DNA from: Eledone cirrhosa
Lineage: Eukaryota
Length of the DNA stretch: 64,000 nucleotides
Direction: 5' to 3'
NCBI GenBank assembly: GCA_964016885.1
Contig: OZ024740.1
Span: forward strand, 405,108,001-405,172,000
This document shows, piece after piece, positions 38,117 to 51,490 of this stretch. The stretch's first letter is position 1. The number at the start of each line of letters is the position of its first letter. The translations under genes and the position numbers were made by a program. The notes under the pieces were generated by a model. The model saw only the letters and a list, made by a program, of their open reading frames with translations, made no database searches and was not told where the DNA came from.

Positions 38117-39386
38117 CTCTTACTCTCTTTCTTACTCTCTCTTTCTTGCTCGCTCTCTCTTTCTCGCTCGCTCGCTCTCATTCTTTCTCGCTCATTCTTT
38201 CTCGCTCGCTCGCTCGCTCATTCTTTCTCGCTCATTCTTTCTCGCTCGCTCACTCATTCTTTCTCGCTCGCTCACTCATTCTTTCTCGCTCGCTCACTCA
38301 TTCTTTCTCGCTCGCTCACTCATTCTTTCTCGCTCATTCTTTCTCACTCGCTCACTCTCTCTTTCTCGCTTGCTCGCTCACTCACTCTCTCTTTCTCGCT
38401 CGCTCGCTCTTTCTCGCTTGCTCTTTCTCGCTCGCTCTTTCTCGCTCGCTCTTTCTCGCTCGCTCTTTCTCACTCTCTCGTTCTTGCACTCGCTCTTGCA
38501 CTCGCTCTCGCGCTCTCTCGCGCTCTCTCGCTCTCTCGCTCTCGCGCTCTCGCGCTCTCTCGCTCTCGCGCTCTCGCGCTCTCTCGCTCTCGTGCTCTCT
38601 CGCTCTCGCGCTCTCGCGCTCTCTCGCTCTCTCGCTCTCTCGCTCTCACGCTCTCTCGCTTACTCGCTCTCGCTCGCACGCTCTCTCTCACTCTCTCGCT
38701 CTCTCTCACTCTCTCGCTCGCACGCTCTCTCTCACTCTCTCGCTCTCACACGCTCTCTCGCTCTCTCTCTCTCACTCTCGCTCTCTTTTGTTCTCACGCT
38801 CTCTCTCTCTCACTCTCGCTCTCTTTTGTTCTCACGCTCTCACGCTCTCTTTTGTTCTCACGCTCTCACGCTCTCTTTTGCTCTCACGCTCTTTCGCTCT
38901 CACGCTCTCTTTTGCTCTCACGCTCTCTTTCGCTCTCACGCTCTCTCTCACTCTCACGCTCTCTCTCACTCTCACGCTCTCTTTCGCTCTCACGCTCTCT
39001 CTCACTCTCGTTCTCCTTCGCTCTCACGCCCTCTCTCTCTCGCTCTCACGCCCTCTCTCTCTCGCTCTCACGCTCTCACGCTCTCGCTCTCACGCTCTCT
39101 TGCTCTCTCTTGCTCGCCCGCTCGCTCTCTCTCGCTCTCTCACTCTCTCTCTCACTCTCGCTCTCTTTTGCTCTCGTGCTCTCACGCTCTCTTTTGCTCT
39201 CGTGCTCTCACGCTCTCTTTTGCTCTCGTGCTCTCACGCTCTCTTTTGCTCTCGTGCTCTCACGCTCTCTTTCGCTCTCATGCCCTCTCTCTCCCTCTCT
39301 CTCCCTCTCTCTCGCTCTCACGCTCTCTCGCTCTCTCTCGCTCTCGCTCGCTCTCTCGCTCTCTCTCTCGCTCTCTCTCTCTCTCT
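37827..39386 (+). repeat. 1.56-kb compound pyrimidine-rich microsatellite (CT/CTTT, then CTCG/CATT, CTCGCG, CTCACG/TTTTG)
   Basis: Read directly from the sequence. Confidence 0.98.
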
Positions 39387-39966
39387 GTATGTATATATGT
39401 ATATACAACAAAATTACTATTGGTAATTTCTGCTCTTTATCTGATTTAGAACACTGGGAATTAAGACAAACATTTACATATATCAGGAATAAGACATAAA
39501 TCTGAGGAGGGGATTTGCCCAAATTTGATTTGTACATAGAATTCTTATTGTAGTTAAGCTTCTATATGATAATAGATAGGATATGGAGTAAGTACTATTG
39601 TTGTAAGTGTTTTTAAATATTTTTTGAAGTTATTAATATTGCCACCATCATCATTAACACCCGTTCTCCCTGCTAGCAATGGTTGGACATGTCATCATAG
39701 ACTGGTCAGTACTCAAGCAGAGCATCTGGCCGTCAGATTGGCTGGGGTGCCTGACATACAATTCCATGCTCTACTTAGTGCATTTTTTCATGGCATTGAC
39801 CTGGCTGAAGTATCTTCTTATCATCATTTAACGTCCATTTTCCACCCATGCTAGCATTTTACGGGTTGGGTCAGGTGACCATGTCTTGCTCATATAGAAT
39901 TATTTCTGACTATATTTCTACAGCTGGATGTCCTTCCCTAATACCAATCACATTTACAGATTTACA

Positions 39967-40632
39967 GAGTGTGCTGGGTGCTTTTTGTTGTGACACCTAC
40001 ACTACCACCTTACAGTGGGTGCTTTTTGTCATGACACCTACACTACCACCTTACAGTGAGTACTGGGTGTTTTTTGTCATGACACCTACACTACCACCTT
40101 ACAGTGAGTACTGGGTGTTTTTTGTCATGACACCTACACTACCACCTTACAGTGAGTACTGGGTGTTTTTTGTCATGACACCTACACTACCACCTTACAG
40201 TGAGTACTGGGTGCTTTTTGTCATGACACCTACACTACCACCTTACAGTGAGTACTGGGTGTTTTTTGTCATGACACCTACACTACCACCTTACAGTGAG
40301 TACTGGGTGTTTTTTGTCATGACACCTACACTACCACCTTACAGTGAGTACTGGGTGTTTTTTGTCATGACACCTACACTACCACCTTACAGTGAGTACT
40401 GGGTGTTTTTTGTCATGACACCTACACTACCACCTTACAGTGAGTACTGGGTGTTTTTTGTCATGACACCTACACTACCACCTTACAGTGAGTACTGGGT
40501 GTTTTTTGTCATGACACCTACATGACCACTTTACAGTATGGCTTGGGTGCTTTTTATTGTGACACCTACACTACCACCTTACAGTGAGTACTGGGTGTTT
40601 TTTGTCATGACACCTACACGACCACTTTACAG
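39967..40632. repeat. 48-bp minisatellite (~13 copies) inside an RTE 3' UTR remnant (39820-40635, -)
   Basis: Unit GACACCTACACTACCACCTTACAGTGAGTACTGGGTGTTTTTTGTCAT, period 48 (40033 to 40081). It is preceded by the RTE tail motif CTACAGCTGGATGTCCTTCCCTAATACCAATC. Confidence 0.95.
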
Positions 40633-41213
40633 TGTTGGTAAGTTAGTAATATTACTTGAACAACAATATGATGGTTAAAGTATAGATTAGTTGGTAAATT
40701 AAAATAGATCACTTTACTTGGGATTAATTTCAATTTTAGAGGAGCCATTTTAAATTACTATCAGGAAAAAGAGAATATAATTACTAAAGTCTATTAGCCT
40801 AGCATAATATGCACCATCATATCCGCCATCATATGCATATAGGTGCATATTAAATGATAGAATTAAATTATGTGTACTACACATTTTTGTATTGGTATGT
40901 TGTTTGCATCAAATAACATATATGTATTTTTGTGGAAGAGTATAATTTATTCAGCTCCGTTAAGAACTATAGTTTAGTTTATTGTAGTCTAAATATATCA
41001 ATGAGAACCTATCACACATTTCCATGACAATATACATCTACCCAGGGTGTACTATACATTTAATATAACCAATGTCCACTTTTATTCTTATCCTTGTAAT
41101 TATTAATTTTCTTATTTTCATCCTTTTTACCCTGTTGAATATATGAAAGTTTTTTAACCATACTTGGTTATATATTTTTCATTATATTTATTTGATTAGC
41201 CATTATTAGAAAG

Positions 41214-41314
41214 CCCGCCGAGGTTAACTTTGCCTTTCATCCTTACGGGGTCGATAAAATAAAGTACCAGTAATGTACTGGGTAATTGCTGGCCTTGTGC
41301 CAAAAGTAGAAACA
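41214..41314 (+). mobile_element. 5'-truncated SINE (second family), 12-bp TSD
   Basis: GAGGTTAACTTTGCCTTTCATCCTTACGGGGTCGATAAAATAAAGTACC. TSD ATTATTAGAAAG at 41202-13 and 41315-26. Confidence 0.9.
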
Positions 41315-41340
41315 ATTATTAGAAAGAACTGGTATAATTT

Positions 41341-42498
41341 TTCTCTCGCTCTCACTTTCTCTCTCGCTTTCTCTCGCTCTCGCTTTCTCTTGCTCTCGCT
41401 TTCTCTCGCTCTCGCTTTCTCTCGCTCTCGCTTTCTCTCTCTCTTGCTCTCGCTTTCTCTCTCGCTTTCTCTCGCTCTCGCTTTCTCTCGCTTTCTCTTG
41501 CTCTCGCTTTCTCTTGCTCTCGCCTTCTCTCTCTCTTGCTCTCGCCTTCTCTCTCTCTTGCTCTCGCCTTCTCTCTCTCGCTCTCGCTTTCTCTCGCTCT
41601 CGCTTTCTCTCGCTCTCGCTTTCTCTCGCTCTCGCTTTCTCTCGCTCTCGCTTTCTCTCGCTCTCGCTTTCTCTCGCTCTCGCTTTCTCTCGCTCTCGCT
41701 TTCTCTCGCTCTCACTTTCTCTCGCTCTCGCTTTCTCTCGCTCTCGCTTTCTCTCGCTCTCGCTTTCTCTCGCTCTCGCTCTCGCTCGCTCTCGCTTTCT
41801 CTCGCTCTCGCTTTCTCTCGCTCTCGCTTTCTCTCGCTCTCGCTTTCTCTCGCTTTCTCTTGCTTTCTCTCGCTCTCGCTTTCTCTTGCTCGCTTGCTCT
41901 CGCCTTCTCTCTCTCGCGCTCTCGCTCTCTCTCGCCTTCTCTCTCTCGCTTTCTCGCTCTCGCTTTCTCGCTCTCGCTTTCTCGCTCTCACTTTCTCTCT
42001 CTTGCTCTCGCTTTCTCTCTCTTGCTCTCGCTTTCTCTCTCGCTCTCGCTTTCTCTCTCGCTCTCGCTTTCTCTCTCGCTCTTGCTTTCTCTCGCTCTCT
42101 CTTGCTCTCGCTGTCTCTCTCTCTCACCCTCTCGCTGTCTGTCTCTCTCTCTCTCACCCTCTCGCTGTCTCTCTCTCTCTCACCCTCTCGCTGTCTCTCT
42201 CTCTCTCTCTCACCCTCTCGCTGTCTCTCTCTCTCTCTCACCCTCTCGCTGTCTCTCTCTCTCTCACCCTCTCGCTGTCTCTCTCTCTCACCCTCACCCT
42301 CTCGCTGTCTCTCTCTCTCTCTCACCCTCTCGCTGTCTCTCTCTCTCACCCTCACCCTCTCGCTGTCTCTCTCTCTCTCACCCTCACCCTCTCGCTGTCT
42401 CTCTCTCTCTCTCACCCTCTCGCTGTTGCTCTCTCTCTCGCTCTCGCGCTCGCTCTCTCTCGCTGACTCTCGCTCTCTCTCTCGCTGTCTCTCTCTCT
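41341..42498 (+). repeat. Compound pyrimidine-rich microsatellite (CTCTCGCTTT units, then CACCCTCTCGCTGT units)
   Basis: Read directly from the sequence. Confidence 0.98.
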
Positions 42499-45332
42499 AC
42501 ACACACACTTTTATTATTTTTGGCTTTCTAAGGAGAGTCAACTTGTTAGAGCATTAAGCAAGGTGCTTTCCTTCTATCTCCATTCTCTTTTTTTTTCTTC
42601 TTAGGGTTCCCAGTAGCCATCCCACAATGTAACTGTTTCTCTCATCCCTTCCTGTTCATGTCAGTCAATGCATCCTTTCTCCTTCAGATTTACTACTGGT
42701 TGGACATGTCTGAACTATCTCTTATGTCCTAGAATGAAAGTCCAATAAATCAACTATTCTTTTACAGCATTACATTTATGGATAACTGTCCAGCATCCTG
42801 TTAAAAGACTTTATTATGTATTTGTATGTGTTACACATAATATGACTAGTTATTTCATGTAAAGAAAGAATGGATAGGAAATGAATATAAGATTTTGAAA
42901 CAAGAAATATGTGTCTGTTTCAGTGATTAGTTTGTCTTAGCATCATCATCACCATAATCACCACCTAACAAGGTAGACTGGCTCCTTTTTTGTAATGTCA
43001 CCAGCATGACCACCTTATAGGGTAGACTGTAAGCATGTAGAGTTAAAATTCTGCTGGATCTCCTTTTTCTTTATTCTTTCAGTCTTGATAAAAAGGATTA
43101 CTAGTTATATATTGGGAATAACTATAACACTGATTATAGCACCACCTTCAAAAATTTACATTGTACCTTATATAAATTTGATTTTTATAAATTAATCTTT
43201 GACATATTTTTAGGAATTCATAACTGGTGTCACCCTAAAATTAGCCTGTCACCCTGAATTTTTTACAGTCAAACTGGATACTAAAGAATGAAATAAAGTG
43301 ATGTCATTGCATATTCAGCAAAGTTTGTTAGATTGCACATTGAACAAAAATGAGTGATATCATTGAGTAGACATCCAGTCAGGACATTAATCCACGTCTT
43401 CCTGGTTGACAGATTATGTATGTGTGTGTGTGTATACATATAAGGCCATACTGCAGGTGTCACAAAAATGCACCCAGTTCCTCCCTATAAGATGGTAATG
43501 CCAGAGTCATGAGAAAATGTTTCCAGTACATGTAAAGTGGTTGCCATTAGGAAAAGTATCTTACTGTAGGAACCAAGACAAAAATGGTGTAAGACATGGT
43601 CATCTGAAAACTCTAGTCTCAGTACATCACAACCCATCTACCCCATGTAAGCATGGAAAATAGATGTTTGATGATGACGATGGAAGTTTTAGTTATATTC
43701 GTTGCAGTTAACCTTGTAACTATGTTAAGTTATCGCGGCATCAATAAAAAATGTTCTGATGTGATTAAAGACAAAAATATACTAGAATGCTTTTTGAAAA
43801 CCCCAGGAGGACTTAAACTTACTAGAACTAGTTAAGGAAACATTTGTCAGCTGTGTAGTGGCTGCCACTACTTAGTCTTTCATAAGAAATATAGTAATAT
43901 AAACAAGTAGCCAAAAAAATATATTTGTGTGTGTGTGTGTGTGTGTTACAAAATTTCTAATTTCACTTAGCTGAAAATGAGTACCAGTGGCAGCTGGGGC
44001 TTAATCTAGTGATGGATCGTGAGAAGTCTTACTTTCAGTTGTTTAACACCCATGAAACAGATAATCTCCATGCTTTGTGCAACTCATACAAAACAGAAAA
44101 AGACAAAAAATTAAAAAAACAGATTCAAGAATTAGTTATCATTTTACTTCCATGACTTCACCATATAAAAAAACAAAACAATTTGAATTGTATATGGTTA
44201 ATCAGGCATTTGATTCCATCTCGTTATTATGTCTACTTTAAATCTTAACATCCTCACCCTTTTTACATTTATTTTTCAATGCTTCATGAATTGGAGTCTT
44301 TTTTTAGCATATCTTGTCATTTATTATGGTCATTTGTCATTTGAGAAGAACAGTTTTTTTAAAATATCATTTTCACCCCTTTTTTTCATGTCTTCCTCTT
44401 CAGCAATATTCTACCATTTTGGCTTGTTTGGCACTTCTTTACCCCTGTCATCATCCATGCACATAACATGTCTGAACAGTGCAATCTTCTCTCCTGCGTA
44501 CTACATGATATCTTTCATACCTATTTTCTTCCTCTCAGCTCATTTATACTCTACTTTTCAGACATTAAATATTACATATCCAGCAAAGCTTTCTTATTTT
44601 GTTTCTTTCTGGTCTTCACACATGCCTAGCATTCAATGCCCATGTTTCATTAACATGTAGTACATAAACCTCATGCAATCTGAACTATGAATCTTTTCCA
44701 CCATGTTCTTGTTCTAGTTAGAATGCTTTGGGAACACTTAGGTAATGAAATATATCAACTCCATTTAGTTTGATTATTTTAGAAGAATTTTTTCAGGGAC
44801 GTTTTAACTACTCTTGTGTATCTGCTAATCCCACATCACTTGTGAACCAAAAGTTTAAATATAATAGATGGTACAGAATTCATAGCTACTCCTTTTCTTG
44901 ATATTGAGCATGGGTTGGATCAGTTGTCATGGTCCAAGACTAGATGAGTTAGTAAATCATGTTTTGTTATATGTTCCATTTTTGGCATGTCCTTCCTAAT
45001 GCCAACCATTTTACAATCTATTAAGTACATTTAACCAAGGAATCAGCACTATTGTGGTACTTGCTAATTAGAGCATTTACATTACTCTATATTTACTAAT
45101 GTTTCTTACATAAAATTAAGATGGAAAGTTTTTAAAGATAAACACTTTAAAATAAATAGATTTGTATAAGAGAATCAGAGGTGGATTCAGGTGGTTTGGT
45201 ATCAAAAGGGTTAATGGATGAGAAAAAAACCTTTAACTAGATAGGACACCAGCCTGTCATAGATAACTTCTTTTAAGACTATAACTGAACACAGGAAGTA
45301 AAACAAATGATCCAGTTGTCAATGTTATTTAA

Positions 45333-45538
45333 CCCTTTAGCATTTACATTACCCTATATTTATTATTGTATTTTCACAGTAAAGGCTTTATCTCACATAA
45401 TATCGAATCTGAGATTTTGATATTATTTATTTTGAGAACAATACCTTAACATCAGTTTGAGTGGCCAGTTTCAGCCAGTTTGAACAGAAAGAGGTGAGAG
45501 AGTTCTGTCTGGATACAGCTGGTTTAAATGCTAAAGGG
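45333..45538. mobile_element. piggyBac-type MITE, family A
   Basis: TTAA|CCCTTTAGCATTTA ... TAAATGCTAAAGGG|TTAA, a perfect 14-bp TIR. Confidence 0.9.
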
Positions 45539-48500
45539 TTAAATATTAAGAGTATATTCAATTGTAGGCTTTACCTTTGTTTGGAATTTTTTTAAACCTT
45601 TCACAGATATATCTATGAGAAATATAATTTAAACTATAATTTTTTAAATATATGATTCATGTTTCAATTATCAAAATAATTACAGTAAATTGTTCTCTTT
45701 ATCAATGTTTAAGGAATTGTCTAAATGTTGGTGAAAAGGGGAAGTGAGTTTGATGTAGTTAATGTGGTTGAACAGCTGGAAGTTAATTATATTCAATATA
45801 TAGATGAGTTATCAGGATAGGATACGTTGATTGAAATTATTAACTTCATTCTTTTATTACATTTGCACTAAGTTTCCATTAATTTGTAGTGAAATTAGTT
45901 TCCTATCATGATTATTCATATGAATGCTTATGAATATATATGTATATATGTTGTGTGTGTGTTATGCTTAAGCTTGTATGTGTAAATATATTGTCATTTT
46001 TTTTTTCACATCAGTTTGTTATTGTTTAACCCCCCACCAAGCTGGCTCTGATTGTGCAGACATAGGGCCAAAAGCATTGAACCCAAGACCATTCTGTTTT
46101 TAGTTTTAGTGACAGTCTACCTTGGATCACATTATCTAAGTTGTCCTTTTTTATTAAAAAAAACAACAATTGGATGGAGATTTGTTTGCTTTTTCTAACA
46201 AATCAAGCAACTGCTTAGAAGGTCCCTCATTGACTCATCACATCAGTTTATTTTTCCCTGCCGATATATTTAGCAACACAGCATATCTGAAACCCTTGCT
46301 ATCCACAAACTCTAGCAAATGCAAATCATAATCCTTCCAGTAACTCCATACAGCACTGGCCATAAATTAAATTGAAACACACCCTCTAGGTAAAACATCC
46401 AACCTGCTTCAATTACTGTTATGGGGATGATGGACATCATCAGGCTACAGCCATCATATTATGTAGTTTGTATATTACTTTTTTGATCCCTCAAATCCTG
46501 GGATAGTCAGTGGCATTGTCACCTGAATATGCTTTGAGAATTTAAAACCCAATGGAGCCCATCTTTCTTCAAGTCTAAGATGGAAACCTATAGATTCTCA
46601 CTGCATTCTCTAAACTTGTTTCAAAAAATTGGATGGGCGAAGGCTGTATAAGTTCTTTCCCTTGTTTCTTATGATCTGAACACCTCTATGGGGAGTTTCG
46701 GTCTTAGAATTGCCAGGATAGACCCAATTGACTGAATCTTTCCCCTCTCACTGTATTCAGAATACAAGACTCTATTTATATACACTTCATGCAGAATACT
46801 CCCCTAAAGCATGTTCACCTCCTTCCCATGAGAAAGAAGGAAAGAGTTATGTTGAACTTTCACACATGTATTGCTCATTCAAGACCTCCACTGCAATCTA
46901 TTGCACATTATAAATATTTCATATTTAATCAAAATTACTACACCTATATGATGATCAATATTTTTTTTCACATAAGTCTTTCCCACTAACTTACAAAACA
47001 TTGTGATTGAAAAACATTTCAATATACTGAGGCACTGCTATGTTTTAAGTCAATCATATCAACCCTAGTACTTATTTTTTCAACCCTAGTACTTATTTTA
47101 TCAATCTTTTATTTTTGTTGAATGCTAAGTTACAGGAGATAAACCCAGACAGAAATGTAAGCAGTCATAGACACATGTACACATATATAACTATACATTG
47201 TCAGCCCTGTTTAATGTAGGTTTTCCATGCTTGTATGGGTTAGACAAGTTTCATGTTATGAAGCTTGATATGTCAGGTGACTGTTTTGCTCATATGATCT
47301 GTTTTGGGCTTAGTTTTCTATAACTGGATGCCCTTCCTATTCCTAATGCCAACTATCTGAAAGTGTGAACTGGATGCTATAGTTTCCATTTACCAAATTC
47401 TACTTGCAAGGTATTGGTCAACTCAAGACAGGGTGGACTGAACCCTGAACCAACTGGTTGTGAAGTAAACTCCTTAATCACATAAGCATGCCTGAAACAT
47501 TTTGAAATAGTTATTTTAAAAAACATATTACTACATTTTCACTTAAATGGTCATATGCAAATGTTTCCAGATTTCCAATATTGCAGGCTTATCACATGTG
47601 AATATGATTACAAAGAGTTTACATGTTTCTATGTATAGTAGGATTGAAGCTTCAAATTGATTTAGGAACTGTTAAACTGTGTAGTTTCTCTCTCTCTAAT
47701 TGATTTAGAATTATTTGGCTTGTAATAAAGTACTTTTTGACTTTCTAGGTTTTTTTTCTTTTTTTTAACATTGCATGAAAAAATAATGAATCTTTTCATT
47801 TTCCCACACTGAAATCAACTTAATAGTTAAGAGCATTCTCACAAAAATAAATAAATAATAATAACAATTCCGGAAAAGAGGAAAGGAATAGCTTTTCAAA
47901 GTCTATTTTTAGTCCATTAATTTCTAGTAGTTTCCCAGGATATGAGATTCTCAATGGTTTATTTCTCTAAAGTTTGTTAATAATTTCTAGAATGGTTTAA
48001 TCTAATTAGTTTTTGAATGAAAAAAAGTGAGAGGAAATATTTGTATTTGTTCTTAGAGACTGAGGGTGTTAGATATCATATTTATAAAAGAGAAAATGAA
48101 TTGATGGTGAATGCAGTTTTATTTCATTACTGTTAATATAATGTATGATTGAACTCATAACTCATGGAGTTGTAAGGCCCATCTCCACTCCAAGTATGAC
48201 CACAGTAGATTTCTTCCAGAGGAAGTGAGATATAAACGAGATTGACCCCAGTACTGAACTAGTACTTTTCTTTATTTTCCTCAAAAATATGAAAGGCAAA
48301 GCTGACTTCATTGGGGTTTGAACTCAGAAAGCCAGAACTAATACTGCAAAACATTCTACTCAACATTCTAATGGCTGCCAATTTGCCACTTATAAATATA
48401 ATAAAATAAAATAAAACATAAATATATAATAATCATTATTCTATAAACGAGAAGTGAAATAACCAATATTTTAACTGGCTGGAGTGTATGGTAATAGAAA

Positions 48501-48729
48501 CGTTATGAGGTAAATTTATAAAGGCAATAATTTAGATATAACAGTAAATAGTTAGAGAATGGTCTTGTATATAACAAAAAATGACTACATTACTAGAGGT
48601 TCAATATAATGTGTATGAAAATAGTTTCTTTAACTGGTAAAGTATGAGGCAGTTCAACACATGAAGCTATATTTCTTGGTTTCACAACCACTTTCAATTG
48701 ATTACCAAGTTAGATAACTTATCATTATC

Positions 48730-48980
48730 ATTACTGTTTAACATCCATTTTTTTTCCATGCTAGCATGGGTTAGACAAGTTGTCCTGTTGTGAGCAATTC
48801 CAGGTCAGGTGACCATGTCTTGCTCATACAGAATTGATTCTGGCTTGGTTTCTACAGCTGGATGCCCTTCCTAAGGCCAACCTCATTTACAGTGAGTACT
48901 GGGTGTTTTTTGTTGTGAAGCCTACATGACCACTTTACAGTGAGGACTGGGTGCATTTCGTATTGACACCTACACGACCT
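48730..48980 (-). mobile_element. RTE LINE 3' UTR remnant
   Basis: CCATGCTAGCATGGGTTAGAC...CTACAGCTGGATGCCCTTCCTAAGGCCAACC plus 48-bp subrepeats. Other remnants lie at about 44900-45010, 47205-47380, 53520-53750 and 61494-61662. Confidence 0.8.
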
Positions 48981-48994
48981 TATATATATGTATA

Positions 48995-49615
48995 TAATGT
49001 ATATATTCACGAATCTAATGTTCATATTTGCAAGAAGGCATTCGTTCGGCCGAGTTTACACTCGCAAAGATTCAGTACGCTTTCTCCAATCGTCCTGCTC
49101 AAGCATGTCTTCGCACGCTTCTTTGTCCGACCACTGGTTAGTGTGGCAAGGACAAGAACTAGGGCTTCCCCTAGGAGCATTGGATTTGGTGTACTTCGTA
49201 TTTGTTTCAGCTGCTAAATGCAATTGGGGGTTGCTGCTTCTCCTGAAGGTCAATAGTTCTCTTCTAACTCGAGTGGGAGCACTTTCCATTGTCAATTTTC
49301 ATTGATCATCTGAAAATCCGCATTGTTCTCAGAACCACTACACCAGTCTTTCGATGCATGCAGCTGGAACTACTGCCACCCATTGATTTGGCAGGGTTTA
49401 TTTTTTTTTTTTTGATGGCTGTTGACTCTTATGAGTTCTTCCACCCTTTGTTACGTTTTGTTTTTTGTCCTGCAGGATGTCCAAAATCACCCTTCTCACC
49501 AAGTAAACTTGGTGGGGTTGCCGGTTTAGTTGCCGATGACTCGACCATGCGACAGGTTGTACTGGGTTACATGCTAGCAGTAGCACTCGAGTGACCTGAC
49601 CCCAAAAGAAGGCAA
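48995..49615 (-). mobile_element. Possible 5' end (UTR and start of ORF) of a non-LTR retrotransposon, RTE-like
   Basis: More GC/CpG-rich than its flanks and abuts a TA run. Contains a structured segment with the hairpin CTCACCAAG-TAAA-CTTGGTGGG. The minus-strand reading ends ...CKLGRTNAFLQI*TL, loosely like the start of an APE endonuclease. The assignment is from memory of RTE 5' UTRs. Confidence 0.4.
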
Positions 49616-49975
49616 TATGGATCAATTAATCTGAACTAGCCTGATCAATACTGAATGATACACAGAATGCATTCATTGTTTCAGAGTAACAATTTATTTG
49701 ATTATGAAGGTGCTGTGAATAAAAGACAAAGTGTAAATCTTATACAGAAAACAACAAATATTCAGGAATAAACATAATTGCCTGAACTATAACAGTTTTT
49801 AATACAACAGGCTGCATATGTGGTTAAAAGCTATAATTGCACCTTTGCAGCTATTGCACAAGCAAGGTTCTGGAGCAAAGGCAGCAGCAGGTATTTGTCC
49901 TATAATCTGTAAAAGTTTTGCTAAAGTTAAAGATATGGGGGAGGTCTGCAGCTACTAAATTAGATTAGTAATAAT

Positions 49976-50164
49976 TGTTTCTACTTTTGGCACAAGGCCA
50001 GCAATTATTCCAGTGTATTACTGGTACTCTATTTTATCGGCCCCGTAAGGATGAAAGGCAAAGTTAACCTCGGCGAGATTTGAACGCAGGCTGTAAAGGG
50101 GCGTAACTCTATGCTACAAAGCATTGCGTCCGACCCTCTACCGATACTGCCAATCCACCGCCCT
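49976..50164 (-). mobile_element. Full-length tRNA-derived SINE (second family), 12-bp TSD
   Basis: Head AGGGCGGTGGATTGGCAGTATCGG...GCGTTCAAATC and central GCCTTTCATCCTTACGGGG. TSD ATTAGTAATAAT at 49964-75 and 50165-76. Confidence 0.92.
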
Positions 50165-50348
50165 ATTAGTAATAATAGTGACTATTGGCTTATTGGAATA
50201 TAAGCCATTCTAGCAGTCTCAGCACAATACTGTTCAGTTTGAATTCATAAAATAAACTCCTGCACTATTGACAAGAATAAGGATTGATAGTTTATTTAGG
50301 TTCATCCCATGTTCTCTTACTTTGAAGTTTCCACTGTATATTACAGGG

Positions 50349-50409
50349 CTCTCTTTCTCTTTCTCTCTCTTTCTCTCTCTTTCTCTTTCTTTCTCTCTCT
50401 CTTTCTCTC

Positions 50410-50452
<43 letters not shown>

Positions 50453-50503
50453 CTCTTTCTCTTTCTTTCTCTCTCTCTTTCTCTCTTTCTCTCTTGTGTG
50501 TGT
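50349..50503 (+). repeat. (CT/CTTT)n microsatellite
   Basis: Read directly; a similar tract lies at 62067-62213. Confidence 0.95.
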
Positions 50504-51270
50504 GTTCTAGATTTCTTGGGCTAAGTAGCAATACATCAGATATTCACAACGGTTCCAAACTTCAAACATTTTCACTTGCAGCTGTTTTTAATCATACAGT
50601 TTGTTTATTTTGCTGGGTTAAATCTAAGAGCCTGGACCAACCTGATTAAATTTTCATTTAACAATATAAAGTTGAAATGAAGTTATATTTCCTTGAAAAA
50701 TAGTGAATTAATACCATTTGAGATTATTTTATTCTTAATAGTTTGGGCTGAAATCTGTCAGCCTCAGTTGAGTTTAATCCAAGCAAATATTGCAGGTCAA
50801 GAATGAACATAGTGATCTAAGATAATTCTTGTTAGCATTCAAGTTAAACCAACTTGCAATATATTTTGAGCTGAGAGTTACCACTGCTATATATGAGGGT
50901 AGACTGAACAGTTCATAAGCTGATCAAGATACTGTTGTGGAATGAGCAAAAGTTTATTTTTCAGCATAATGCCTGGAAAGAAACAATGCTGTTATTAAGA
51001 GTTGAAATTAATGCATGCAAGATTTCATAGCTCTAGCATCTATCCTTCCTTCATAGTCAACCTATGAACTTTCCAGCTAACTTTGTGTGTGTGTGGTGTG
51101 TGTGATCTCAAAGTATGGAATTTTTCCTAGGTTGCCTCTCCACCTACTTGCGTTTCTAAGAATATATAGATTTTTCTGATATATTTGCTACTCTTTGGGG
51201 AACATAATTCTTAAAATTATTATTTAAAAAAAAAAATTATTGTGATCTTCAAATGAAAGAAATATCTTAA

Positions 51271-51490
51271 CCCTTTCATTATCATATTTCTAAAGAAATA
51301 ACCACTTTTGTAAATAATAAAAATTTGAAGGAATTTAATATAATAGCTAACCATGTTATTAAACAGCCGTTTAGTACATAGCTTAACTATTCTTCCATAA
51401 CATTTTTTTTTAATTTGCATATGAACACTTTGAAACAAGGGGTTTGTTGTCATAGAACTGGGTGGTTTCAGGGAGGTTGGTATCAAGTTA
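51271..51490. mobile_element. piggyBac-type MITE, family B
   Basis: TTAA|CCCTTTCATTATCATATTTCT ... GGTTGGTATCAAG|TTAA, homologous to 56970-57188. Confidence 0.65.

Noticed and set aside
39848-40525. 225-aa ORF with VMTPTLPPYSEYWVFF repeats
   Set aside because: It is the 48-bp minisatellite read antisense to an RTE 3' UTR.
29754-42557. Long SLSLSL / RERERE ORFs (up to 549 aa)
   Set aside because: They are translations of CT/GA microsatellites, open in several frames on both strands.
44229-44660. 143-aa hydrophobic ORF
   Set aside because: T-rich low-complexity sequence that partly overlaps an antisense decayed RTE remnant; no recognisable domain or splice signals.
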